A stretch of DNA of 64,000 nt from a virus (taxonomy: Duplodnaviria > Caudoviricetes): IMG/VR virus record IMGVR_UViG_3300017913_001136, positions 1-64,000 of that record, one strand, 5' to 3'. This document shows positions 1 to 9,049 of the stretch, one piece after another. Below the pieces are notes generated by a model, which was given only the letters and a program-made list of their open reading frames with translations, did not search any database and had not been told where the DNA came from. Within the stretch, counting starts at the first letter, position 1, and each line of letters starts with the position of its first letter. Made by a program: the position numbers and the translations under genes.

Positions 1-245
1 GCAGCGTCAACCTCAGGATGCATCGCATTACCACGATACTTCATGATCAGTTGATAATTATCCTTTGAGTCATCACCATCTAGATTCAGGAACTGCCCAT
101 AGTGGGATCCTGATGCAGTAGCATAACTGCCACCCTCGTCATCACGAGGTGGAACTATCGAAGGAAGTTTTTCTTTTTCTTCTTTCTCTTTCTTCTTTCT
201 GGTTAGTTGCCAACCAAAAAGACTGAGACCTTCTTGTTCTGCCAT
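1..245 (-). CDS. gp20: Portal protein, N-terminal part (runs off window start)
   Basis: Manual translation from ATG at 245: MAEQEGLSLFGWQLTRK...PSIVPPRDDEGG...YRGNAMHPEVDAA, T4-like portal N-terminus; directly downstream of gp19. Confidence 0.9.
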   Translation of the reverse strand, partial: MAEQEGLSLFGWQLTRKKKEKEEKEKLPSIVPPRDDEGGSYATASGSHYGQFLNLDGDDSKDNYQLIMKYRGNAMHPEVDA

Positions 246-269
246 TTCAAATCCTCAAGTTAAAATTAA

Positions 270-294
270 GGGGACTGAGACTACCCCAGTCCCC
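270..294 (-). terminator. Intrinsic terminator hairpin after gp19
   Basis: 8-bp stem GGGGACTG/CAGTCCCC, followed on the minus strand by TTAATTTT. Confidence 0.65.
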
Positions 295-308
295 ATATAA
301 TGTTTTAT

Positions 309-836
309 TTAGGTCGTTGTATCAGACTCGTAATACTGATACGACCATGTGCAAGTGAAGTTCTCAATCGCATCGTTTGAAGAATAATCCAACGTAATCT
401 CTGAGATATTTGCTGGATATGCTCCACGGAAGGTGTAGGTCTTGAGGACTACACCAGAACGATCGAGTTGTTCAACCTTGAGGTCTGCTTCATATGCGAT
501 AGGTGCTTCAAGACCTGTATTCGCACTGTGAGCATTGATACCGTTCATCCATCTTTCAAGTGCATTACGAACAGCGAAGTCAGTATCGTTTACGATAGTT
601 GTTGTCCACTGCTCGAATGTACGATCCCCTGCCATCTTTAACTGACGACCACGGAATGGTACAATAATCTCACCCATCGTTGAGGAAGGCAAAGATGCTG
701 CACTGACCATGAATGAAGTCAGTTCAGGATCACCGTTTGCGTATCCAGGATAGTTGATAGTTACCTGAAAGAGATTGGGACGTGCGCCACCGCCTCTTAG
801 TTTTGCTTTAAAGTCATCTACTCCTAAAATTGCCAT
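309..836 (-). CDS. gp19: Tail tube protein
   Basis: GGARPNLFQV, PFRGRQLKMAGDRTFEQW motifs; synteny 18-19-20. Confidence 0.95.
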   Translation of the reverse strand: MAILGVDDFKAKLRGGGARPNLFQVTINYPGYANGDPELTSFMVSAASLPSSTMGEIIVPFRGRQLKMAGDRTFEQWTTTIVNDTDFAVRNALERWMNGINAHSANTGLEAPIAYEADLKVEQLDRSGVVLKTYTFRGAYPANISEITLDYSSNDAIENFTCTWSYQYYESDTTT

Positions 837-846
837 TGTCTACCTC

Positions 847-2604
847 CTACACCGTGCCTACGACTTCTTCGAAGTCAACACCTGTACGAACAGCGACAAA
901 GTTCAGAGTGACATAGTTAATAGACCGAGCAGGTTTGATGAAGATGTTAGCGATGAACTCGTTACGATCTACAACTGCTGGTGTATTATTTGTCTCGTCA
1001 CATACCACACGGAAATCTGTGATACCACGACGACCCCTTACTTCACGAAGTACTGGTTCTACAATGTTGACAAACTCTGCCCGAGTAAACTCATCGTTGA
1101 ACTCGAACATAACTTGTTCTGCTGCACGACCAATCGCACGCTCGAGTACCAAGAACAGGCGACGAACGTTGATGCGGTCAAATGCTGACGGACGACCAAG
1201 TTTAGTTTTGTCACCAAACAACAGTACACCCTGACCAGGAATATTCGCGATCGGGTTGACACCTGCTTTATACAAAGTGTCTCGCTGTGCTTTTGTTGGT
1301 GAGTATGAGATTGCTGTAATCCCAAGATACTGTCCACGACGTGAACCTGCTGGTGAGAACCATGGTGCACGGTTCAGATCAGTTGCTGCCATAATACCTG
1401 CTGTGGACGATGCCGCAGGGATATTAATGTACTGATCGTTGAACTTATCGTAAACCTTCAGATAGTTAGCATCAGCAACCAAGTAAGATGATGCTGTAAA
1501 CCCTGAAGCAGTATTTACAATGTTGTTTGTCATATTTGTTGTGTTAGTTAAGTTCACCACATCATCACGTGCTGGTGAAGTAGTAACCACACAATCTTTA
1601 CGAAGTTGTTGTGCTGTGTTAACAAGATCGTTAACAACAGTTCGCTGATCTTCAGTGGTAGTCATGCCAGGAGCAATCAAAAAGTCAACCTCTACAATGT
1701 CTTTATCTTCGAAAAGATCAAAACCTGATGCGAAGTCGCCTGTTTGAAGTGCGCCTGAGTTTACACCACCTTCAAATGCGTAATCTGTAGCGGCAGTCAG
1801 TGCTGCTGGATCAAAGTTATCGCCATTGTCGATAGTTGTTCCCGCACCTGCTGCTGAGAAGTCAGAATCAAAGTCGATCATCCAGATATAATCTGAACGA
1901 GCATTGACAACATCTACAGCATAGTTTGTAGTACCATCGGTGTTCTTTGCGTTGGTACCAACAGACATAAATGGATACCGTTCTAGAACTGTACCACGTG
2001 TGCCTGTAAACTCACCATCGGAATCGACTACGACGATATGTACTTCGTCTTGAGACGCACCTGCTTCAGATGCATATGTAGAAGTTCCAGGAAAGTCATC
2101 AAACTCATCTTTGTATGTCCATGCCGCAAATGCTGCTGAATCTGGCGGACAAACAGAAACTTTAATTCCGTTGCCTAGTTCGCCAGGATACTTTGCCACA
2201 AAAGTGTGACTTGCTGCGCCAAGTGCTGATTGCTGACCTAAGAAATCTGTTTCGTTCTTGACGACTGGATTACCTAATCCACCGTCAGAATCCGTTGCTA
2301 GTTGCCCAGTTGTTGAGCGAGCATTTTTTGCTGCCGAAGTAATTTCACGAACGACTTGGAGTGATCCTGAGTAGCGTAGGAAATAAGCAGCAGAATGCCA
2401 ATCTATTGTATTCGCTGAGTCTGGTGAAGCAAAGACGTTGACAAGAGATGTCTCGTTGTCTATCAAGTATCTTTGTTCGGCAGGTCCCCAACGAAAGTTC
2501 CCCACAATTGCGCCAGTTGTTGACTGTACGTTTGGAACGCCACCAGTCAGATCAATTTCTTTGACGACAACCGCTGGGGATGCAGACGGTGTTGAAAGTG
2601 CCAT
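847..2604 (-). CDS. gp18: Tail sheath protein
   Basis: SPAVVVKEID N-terminus; PWFSPAG, FDRINVRRLF, FEFNDEFTR, IKPARSINYVTLNF. Confidence 0.97.
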   Translation of the reverse strand: MALSTPSASPAVVVKEIDLTGGVPNVQSTTGAIVGNFRWGPAEQRYLIDNETSLVNVFASPDSANTIDWHSAAYFLRYSGSLQVVREITSAAKNARSTTGQLATDSDGGLGNPVVKNETDFLGQQSALGAASHTFVAKYPGELGNGIKVSVCPPDSAAFAAWTYKDEFDDFPGTSTYASEAGASQDEVHIVVVDSDGEFTGTRGTVLERYPFMSVGTNAKNTDGTTNYAVDVVNARSDYIWMIDFDSDFSAAGAGTTIDNGDNFDPAALTAATDYAFEGGVNSGALQTGDFASGFDLFEDKDIVEVDFLIAPGMTTTEDQRTVVNDLVNTAQQLRKDCVVTTSPARDDVVNLTNTTNMTNNIVNTASGFTASSYLVADANYLKVYDKFNDQYINIPAASSTAGIMAATDLNRAPWFSPAGSRRGQYLGITAISYSPTKAQRDTLYKAGVNPIANIPGQGVLLFGDKTKLGRPSAFDRINVRRLFLVLERAIGRAAEQVMFEFNDEFTRAEFVNIVEPVLREVRGRRGITDFRVVCDETNNTPAVVDRNEFIANIFIKPARSINYVTLNFVAVRTGVDFEEVVGTV

Positions 2605-2663
2605 TTTTATCTTCCTCTGTTAAAATTATATGGTTCCATAATACGAATCAGTCAATTTACAGG

Positions 2664-2671
2664 TATTTATA
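2664..2671 (-). promoter_or_regulatory. T4-type late promoter TATAAATA (gp18)
   Basis: Exact TATAAATA on minus strand about 60 nt upstream of gp18. Confidence 0.8.
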
Positions 2672-2674
2672 ATT

Positions 2675-4297
2675 TTACAAATCTGGATCATACATAAACT
2701 TCTCGGTGTTAACATGAGTCAACCAAGTGTTGTCATCATCCTTCGATTCTATCTGTTGAATGTAATCTGATCCATCATCTATGATACCGAATGGAACCAT
2801 ATCGTTCTCTATCTCCTCCATCTTTTGTTTGAATAACATTTCTTTTAAATTAATATCAGTCAAGTCCGCAAAGAACTGCGTTGATACAAAGTAACCGAAC
2901 ATGACCAGATTCATCATCAAGTCATCATGATTACCGTCAGTCGCTTCATAGGACTGACCCTTTGCTTCAAACGTGGATATTTCTAGGATTGTTTGCTCGT
3001 CTACGATATTTATTTTATTTGTTTCTAAAATATCTTTTATCGCAGAGCAACCGAGTCTCTTAGTTTTTCGAGTAATCTCGATACCAAGTGCGTTTGCTTT
3101 GATAGCAGATTCAACGTGCATGTTTTCATATTCAAGATCGTGATACAAACCGTTACAAACAACAGAACCTTGATCATTTGATTCAATAACTACATATGCA
3201 TCGTTATAAACTTTCGCGAACTTATATATAACATTAGGGAAGAGAATTGGAGAGATAGTGTTATTGCGATATACAGCAACCTGTGCGAATGGGCGAACGC
3301 TAATATCGATCAAATTAAATGTAGAGTAATCCTGCCCTCTTCCCTTACTCACATCAACGGTCATGACATAGTCGTGTCCTTTGACAGGTTCCTCATATAT
3401 CTTTAATAGACCACCCTCCAATAATCTCTTTGGCGGTTTTGCTCTTAGATTAAGCAAACAATCGGCACTGATAAGTGTATCACCTGTTCCGAAGAACGTA
3501 TTACCAAACTCTTGATCAAATTGAAGTTGACTTGTATTTGCTACAGTCTGTGCTTTCCAGTTTTCGTCACGTCCAGGAACGTCCCACCAGTCAACCCGAA
3601 ATGGTTGAAACTCATTGATACCTTGTACTGCTCCTTCCCATATTTTATGGAACTGATTACCGATACCATTGGCAGTAGAAGTGATGATTACTTTAGTTTC
3701 AGCACCTGATGAGATAACAGGATATGTAGAAGTATAAAACTCTGCGGCACGTTCTACGAATGCGAACTCATCGAGATATAGAAGATTAACTGACATACCA
3801 CGAATAGAACTGCCAGAGGTCGCTGCTGCGATAATGCGAGAGTTGTTACTGAATTCCAAAGATCCTTTGTTAAGTGCCTTACATCCTGGTTGTAAGAAAA
3901 ACGGGATATTCTCGAGCATGAGCGTGATGCGGGAGAGCATTTCCCTCGCAGTTGCCCCTTTGTTTGCGAGTACCGCAACGGTCTTTTCTGAGTGGAATAA
4001 TACGAACCAGAGGAGGTATGCGCAGGCGGATATTGACTTGCCAGATTGACGACATGCGAGAACGACATTGAATCTATTTTCCTCAAAGTGTTGAAACATA
4101 TCCTGTTGATAAGGATATAGATTAAAATTTACTAGTCCACTATCAAGTGCGATAACCTTCACATACGTTCTACAGAAGTATGTTGGGTCATCCATACACT
4201 TTTTATATTCTTTTAAAAGTTCAGGAGTCCATTGTTGTAAGACGCCATCCCTCTTAACATTAGGATTCCCTAGATATGACTCTTTCTGGTTCAGCAT
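2675..4297 (-). CDS. gp17: Terminase large subunit
   Basis: Walker A CRQSGKS, Walker B LLYLDEFAF, ITSTANG, nuclease DVSKGRGQDYS and DDLMM. Confidence 0.97.
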   Translation of the reverse strand: MLNQKESYLGNPNVKRDGVLQQWTPELLKEYKKCMDDPTYFCRTYVKVIALDSGLVNFNLYPYQQDMFQHFEENRFNVVLACRQSGKSISACAYLLWFVLFHSEKTVAVLANKGATAREMLSRITLMLENIPFFLQPGCKALNKGSLEFSNNSRIIAAATSGSSIRGMSVNLLYLDEFAFVERAAEFYTSTYPVISSGAETKVIITSTANGIGNQFHKIWEGAVQGINEFQPFRVDWWDVPGRDENWKAQTVANTSQLQFDQEFGNTFFGTGDTLISADCLLNLRAKPPKRLLEGGLLKIYEEPVKGHDYVMTVDVSKGRGQDYSTFNLIDISVRPFAQVAVYRNNTISPILFPNVIYKFAKVYNDAYVVIESNDQGSVVCNGLYHDLEYENMHVESAIKANALGIEITRKTKRLGCSAIKDILETNKINIVDEQTILEISTFEAKGQSYEATDGNHDDLMMNLVMFGYFVSTQFFADLTDINLKEMLFKQKMEEIENDMVPFGIIDDGSDYIQQIESKDDDNTWLTHVNTEKFMYDPDL

Positions 4298-4619
4298 CTA
4301 TAACATCATTTTCCTGTAACATTTTTTGAATGTCAGTAGTAGACCCCAAGAAAAAATTATTCTGTTGGTTCTCTACCTGTTTCACTTCATCCTTTTCATA
4401 CATTGCTTGCTGTTTTTTATTTAAGTCCATCAGTTTGTCGTTTGTGTCAGATACATTCTTAATCAAACCTGAAAGGACTTCGTAAGCACGAGGGTGCTCA
4501 CTTTCGCGAGCAACCTCTATCATATTTTCTAGTGCGTCTTTGCCTTTTTCTATGAGTTCGTATAGTGTTTCACGAGAATAATCGTAATCATTCTGTACAT
4601 TATCTTTTTTGTCACTCAT
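4260..4619 (-). CDS. gp16: Terminase small subunit
   Basis: DYDYSRETLY...ESEHPRAYEV motif; precedes gp17. Confidence 0.9.
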   Translation of the reverse strand: MSDKKDNVQNDYDYSRETLYELIEKGKDALENMIEVARESEHPRAYEVLSGLIKNVSDTNDKLMDLNKKQQAMYEKDEVKQVENQQNNFFLGSTTDIQKMLQENDVIDAEPERVISRES

Positions 4620-4622
4620 GGA

Positions 4623-5612
4623 TTAGAATCCTCCACCACCCGATGGTGTTACTCCGAATGATACAACTCTAAAGTTTCCGTTGGCACTATCTTTAACGGC
4701 AAGACAAGGATCACCGCCATCTCCATCATTCAGGAATATAACTGTTCCCGCACCGAACTGATTATATGTAGCACTGTCAGCAGCATTGAATGCTTGTAAG
4801 ACTGGTCTGCTTGGGGTTGAGTTGATACGTGTTTGAATGTAACCAGAATCAATAAGAAGTTGAGTATCAGAGTCACCATAAGTTGATATCTCTACACCAC
4901 CAACCTTTGATCCCGCAGTCAAATTAATCACGCCACCAGATGCTTCAACCTTAGCACCCATAGTTCCTACATGAACTGATCCAGGAGAGATGTATAGATG
5001 ACGCCAATAACGATCTGGTTCGCCCAAACTATATGCGCTGTCAGTTTTTGGTATAATATTTCCTGCGTGACCTTCTACACCGAAATGGCGTATTAAATCA
5101 GCGGAATCAGCAAACATCACCGTTGCTCTTGCGTTTACATATGCTGAATCAATTAAGGCAATCACTTCCGCAGAATCTAGTGTTATCGCTTTTACCAAAT
5201 CAGAATCTAGATAATGAGTTTGACGAGCAATAACGTATGCTGAGTCGATTAACTGAATCGCTTCTGCTGAGTCAAGATAATCCGAAGCATCTACTCTCGC
5301 ATTAACATATGCTGAGTCTATCAGTTGGATTGCTTCTGCTGAATCTAAGAAAGACGAAGTATCCAGACGAGCATTAACATACGCTGAATCAATCAAAAGT
5401 ATTGCATCGGCAGAGTCTAAGTAATTATCAGCAAGCAACCCATCCATATATGCGGAATCAATTATTCCTTTCATATACGTTGAGTCAATGATCCCTTTGA
5501 TATAAGCGGAATCTGCTGCGGAATCTATTTTATTTTCTAGATGGGTAAAGTTTCCGTCTAACTCGCCATGAGTTAATCTACTTCCCTTCGCAACTCTTAA
5601 TACTAGTGGCAT
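4623..5612 (-). CDS. Fibre-like virion protein with LDSAExxxLIDSAYV repeats
   Basis: LTHGELDGNF N-terminus and IIPKTDSAYSLG fibre motif; about 19 DS in 329 aa; lies between gp15 and gp16. Confidence 0.65.
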   Translation of the reverse strand: MPLVLRVAKGSRLTHGELDGNFTHLENKIDSAADSAYIKGIIDSTYMKGIIDSAYMDGLLADNYLDSADAILLIDSAYVNARLDTSSFLDSAEAIQLIDSAYVNARVDASDYLDSAEAIQLIDSAYVIARQTHYLDSDLVKAITLDSAEVIALIDSAYVNARATVMFADSADLIRHFGVEGHAGNIIPKTDSAYSLGEPDRYWRHLYISPGSVHVGTMGAKVEASGGVINLTAGSKVGGVEISTYGDSDTQLLIDSGYIQTRINSTPSRPVLQAFNAADSATYNQFGAGTVIFLNDGDGGDPCLAVKDSANGNFRVVSFGVTPSGGGGF

Positions 5613-5624
5613 CGTTGTCTCCTA

Positions 5625-6422
5625 TTATAACCCACTATCATAGGTATATTCTATCTCTGTGTTGAACCCGAAATCACTGTCGGGCAATCCGATAGTAGTA
5701 GATGGGTCGGGAGTTACTGTAATTGTTTCATATTTAACATCCGAGTCATTGTTAACACCTTGATCCATGAGGAATACATCTGCAACAGAAGAGCGAATGA
5801 TCGCACCAGTATCGACTGGTCCATAGAAACTGACTTTCATCAAGAAATCTATGGTATAGATTATTGTTCTTCTTTGTTCTAGATTACCTTCAAAGTCATC
5901 CGAGAAACTAGTCGTTTGAATAATAATAGGGATATCCTCTTTAAAATCAGGATACTTATCAGCAAACGGTTTAATCGTCAAAGTGTATTGAGGATTGAAT
6001 GTAGGAAGAATCTGTTCTACGATTTGTAACGCATCATCTTGACTCTTCGCATAAATGTTCAGTTGGAAACCTATGTCATAAGGAACAGGCGAATAGAATT
6101 TTTGCCTATCGTTATTCGTATTTCCTACTGTGTTAAAATTACTGACTTTGGTGAGTTGCCTCGTGCTGTCATAGGATATACTCGTAATTTCAAATGACAT
6201 TCGAGGAAGTTTAATCGCTGTGCTTGTATCTGTAGCAAGATCAGGATTACCTCTCACTCTTTCTAAATATTTTTTCTTCGGAGCGTATGTGAGCGGAACT
6301 TTCAGTTGGTTCAGTACACCACCTGTTGCATTCTTTCTAATAACATAAATATTGTTGAACAGTCTGCCAAATATAGAGACAGACTTTCTTATCTTTTCAT
6401 GATAGAAATGTGCACCAAACAT
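5625..6422 (-). CDS. gp15: Tail completion / sheath stabiliser
   Basis: MFGAHFYHEKIRK, VPLTYAPKKK, LPRMSFE, PVPY, QIVEQILPTFNP. Confidence 0.95.
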   Translation of the reverse strand: MFGAHFYHEKIRKSVSIFGRLFNNIYVIRKNATGGVLNQLKVPLTYAPKKKYLERVRGNPDLATDTSTAIKLPRMSFEITSISYDSTRQLTKVSNFNTVGNTNNDRQKFYSPVPYDIGFQLNIYAKSQDDALQIVEQILPTFNPQYTLTIKPFADKYPDFKEDIPIIIQTTSFSDDFEGNLEQRRTIIYTIDFLMKVSFYGPVDTGAIIRSSVADVFLMDQGVNNDSDVKYETITVTPDPSTTIGLPDSDFGFNTEIEYTYDSGL

Positions 6423-7645
6423 TACTGGTTCTCCGGATCACCAAACGGATTATCTTCTGAGAAGTCTAAGAAGTCATCCGATATAGTGCTAAAATCATCA
6501 TTTTGTTTTGCTACATTAATTTTATTTACTTCTACAACATTATTTATTGTCAATCCTGTAGTAGAATTATTTGTCTGATTCAATAAAGTTCCGCCAGTAG
6601 CAAAGGTGTGATACAATCCATCATCTGCTCCGACATGCGATAAGAAGATATGATATGACGAATCGCCCGATGAATCATAGAGTCTGCGTTGTACTTCACC
6701 TGTGATAGTTACATTACCAGACAACAGTTGCTTGACTGTATCCCCTATATCATAATCGCTATCATTCGCTGTGCCTCCAGTGAAATGCACTGTAGGAGCA
6801 GTAATATAGTTTGCCCCAGAATCTGTGATAGTGATTGATGTGACCTCGCCACCGCTTACTGTAGCAGTTGCTGATGCACTATCATTATTGAAACCTTGAT
6901 GGATTGCTAGAGTGTTTGTAAACCAGTAACCACCATCAGAGTCATTTGGATTCGCAGAGTCATATAAATCTGGATCATTCGGATATCCTACACTGTCCAA
7001 GTATAGATTATCCATGTACATGCCAGTAGCAGAATCAAAGGAAATAGATCCATTGAAGTCCCCTGCTAATTGCGCACCAAATAATATATCAGAGTCGTGG
7101 AAAAATCCAGCAAAACCTGTTGAATTGGTATAGTATGTCCGAACACCGTTTATATAAACATCTGCTCTTCTTGTAGCAAACCCCTGATCGGCACCATAGA
7201 AACTAAGAGAAATATGATTCCACTGTCCCTCTTGAACCCTTTCATCAGTACCATATGGAGTGTTGTACCAAGTTATTATATTGTTTCTATTTGTAAACTT
7301 AGTCGCTGATTGTAACTGACCACCGCTGTTAAGTCCGAAACGTCTGCGGGATGCACCGTTTCCGTTTACACCCATTTCCCATAGCGGTTTCAGATTAGCA
7401 CCTGCCGAATCCGGAAGTGCGTCACTATCAACCCATAACCAGAAAGCGATAAATCCATCCATGCTGGTGTTAGAGTCGACTTCGTATGTGTAACTATTCT
7501 CACCCATATCAAGAGAGTTGCTACCAAACTTGATATGATCAGATGAGTCTGGGAATCCACCAATAAATGATACCGATGGAGCAGAGGTGTAATACCTTCC
7601 TCCCTGAGTGACTGAAACATTATTTAATTTTTTAAGATCTGCCAT
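6422..7645 (-). CDS. Neck protein gp14 C-terminal half with LamG-like insertion
   Basis: Ends in the gp14-type terminus DFLDFSEDNPFGDP; two GGxYxxAPxVxF repeats flank a ConA/LamG-like segment (GQWNHISL...IYING). Confidence 0.7.
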   Translation of the reverse strand: MADLKKLNNVSVTQGGRYYTSAPSVSFIGGFPDSSDHIKFGSNSLDMGENSYTYEVDSNTSMDGFIAFWLWVDSDALPDSAGANLKPLWEMGVNGNGASRRRFGLNSGGQLQSATKFTNRNNIITWYNTPYGTDERVQEGQWNHISLSFYGADQGFATRRADVYINGVRTYYTNSTGFAGFFHDSDILFGAQLAGDFNGSISFDSATGMYMDNLYLDSVGYPNDPDLYDSANPNDSDGGYWFTNTLAIHQGFNNDSASATATVSGGEVTSITITDSGANYITAPTVHFTGGTANDSDYDIGDTVKQLLSGNVTITGEVQRRLYDSSGDSSYHIFLSHVGADDGLYHTFATGGTLLNQTNNSTTGLTINNVVEVNKINVAKQNDDFSTISDDFLDFSEDNPFGDPENQ

Positions 7646-8241
7646 TAATCAAGACTCGCCACTGCTGTTGGTGCTTTCGGTGCATCCACTGAAATCTTAT
7701 ACTGGTAAGACTGTTCTTTTTCGATATCCTGAACACCATCGATATAGGTATCGAAGTCTTCGCCTGTGTACTCAAACAATGTACAACGAAGTTTGTATGT
7801 AGGAATATCTTCTATTTGATAAAATGGTTGCTCATGCTCTACATGTTGAATCTCAAACATTTTGTTTGTAAGTGGTATCCAGATAAGGTCGCCTTCGGCA
7901 GGACGATCAAGTTGGATAGCATTATCTGGTCTACGAACCTGTACTTCAAACCTTCTTTTAGAAACAATAAGTGTAACCTCGTCACGAATCTCGACACCGA
8001 ACCGAGTAAAGAGATCACCCTCTCCATCAAACCCTTCGATGTTTTCGATATACATTTCAATCTTATGAGATTGCGGGAAACGTGATGCAACGTCGTCACC
8101 AAGAAGCACATCCTCGTTCACTATTTCACGAGGAAGGTAATATATATCCTGTCCATAGATCTTCAGTGCCTCAATCACGAGGTCTTCATAAAGATCCATT
8201 TCTGATCTTACTTTTTCGGAAAAGTAAAGATTCCTTGCCAT
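7645..8241 (-). CDS. gp14: Neck protein gp14 core (N-terminal half)
   Basis: DLVIEALKIYGQDIYYLPRE, GFDGEGDLFTRFG, RPAEGDLI, HVEHEQPFYQ. Confidence 0.9.
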   Translation of the reverse strand: MARNLYFSEKVRSEMDLYEDLVIEALKIYGQDIYYLPREIVNEDVLLGDDVASRFPQSHKIEMYIENIEGFDGEGDLFTRFGVEIRDEVTLIVSKRRFEVQVRRPDNAIQLDRPAEGDLIWIPLTNKMFEIQHVEHEQPFYQIEDIPTYKLRCTLFEYTGEDFDTYIDGVQDIEKEQSYQYKISVDAPKAPTAVASLD

Positions 8242-8245
8242 AATA

Positions 8246-9001
8246 TTATCCTACAAAAAAGTCCGCTGGCATTTCCCAATCTAATCTGATACTCTCCCTT
8301 AATTTTTCTATCTCTGCCGTTGCGTCATCATACAACTGACGACCATTGAAAGTAACACCGCCAGGAAGTTGTACACCTTCGAACTTAATCAGATTCATTC
8401 CCCACTGCTGTTTGATAAGAGCAGTCGCATATTCTTTCAACCATAAATCATTCCAAACAGAAGTGTTCTCGTCTACATCTACCAGAGAGTAAACTTCTGC
8501 AACCACATAGTCACCTGCTTCGATATCTCCATCAGCGAAGTCGCCAAATATATAAAGTCTGTCCTGATGCCGTGACCACTGAACCTGTGGTGTGCCATTT
8601 AACTTCATATCTAATAATGAAAGATATTGCTGCATCTGCTCGTAGTAAGCAAGATCGCCAGCAAAGTTCTGCATGTCGGCAATGTCATTGAGCATCATTT
8701 GATACTTAATATCAAAGAAGTTGAACGATGTCCCAAAAGATGATGACATCGGAAATAATTTAGATACTGTTAAGACGTTTGAAGAAATCGGGATGTATTC
8801 ATTAGTAACATCAGTCGCCGTGACCTGATGCTTCAGATAATGACGAAGAGTGGCATCAGAGTGATACTCTTGCCAGTATTGTAATGCTTCGTCGATACGA
8901 TCTTCTATCTGATCTTCGTCCACGTTTATCTCGAGGACAGGATCACCAAGACGTCGCTTACAATAATCTATAAGTGTGTCTCTGCTGTTTGGTGGTGCCA
9001 T
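8246..9001 (-). CDS. gp13: Neck protein
   Basis: LIDYCKRRLGDPVLEINVD, WLKEYATALIKQQWGMNLIKF, LPGGVTFNG. Confidence 0.95.
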   Translation of the reverse strand: MAPPNSRDTLIDYCKRRLGDPVLEINVDEDQIEDRIDEALQYWQEYHSDATLRHYLKHQVTATDVTNEYIPISSNVLTVSKLFPMSSSFGTSFNFFDIKYQMMLNDIADMQNFAGDLAYYEQMQQYLSLLDMKLNGTPQVQWSRHQDRLYIFGDFADGDIEAGDYVVAEVYSLVDVDENTSVWNDLWLKEYATALIKQQWGMNLIKFEGVQLPGGVTFNGRQLYDDATAEIEKLRESIRLDWEMPADFFVG

Positions 9002-9036
9002 AAAATAGTCTCCGACATGTTAAAACCTATCGTCAC

Positions 9037-9044
9037 TATTTATA
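9037..9044 (-). promoter_or_regulatory. Late promoter TATAAATA (gp13)
   Basis: Exact match 36 nt upstream of gp13 ATG. Confidence 0.8.
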
Positions 9045-9049
9045 TGTTT

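Noticed and set aside
2675-4297. Intein or intron in the terminase or other core genes
   Set aside because: Lengths are normal; no splice-junction or homing-endonuclease motifs seen.
7636-7660. Programmed frameshift re-joining the gp14 halves
   Set aside because: In-frame TGA in the downstream frame two codons before its ATG, no slippery heptamer, and the TAATG overlap is the usual coupling in this genome.
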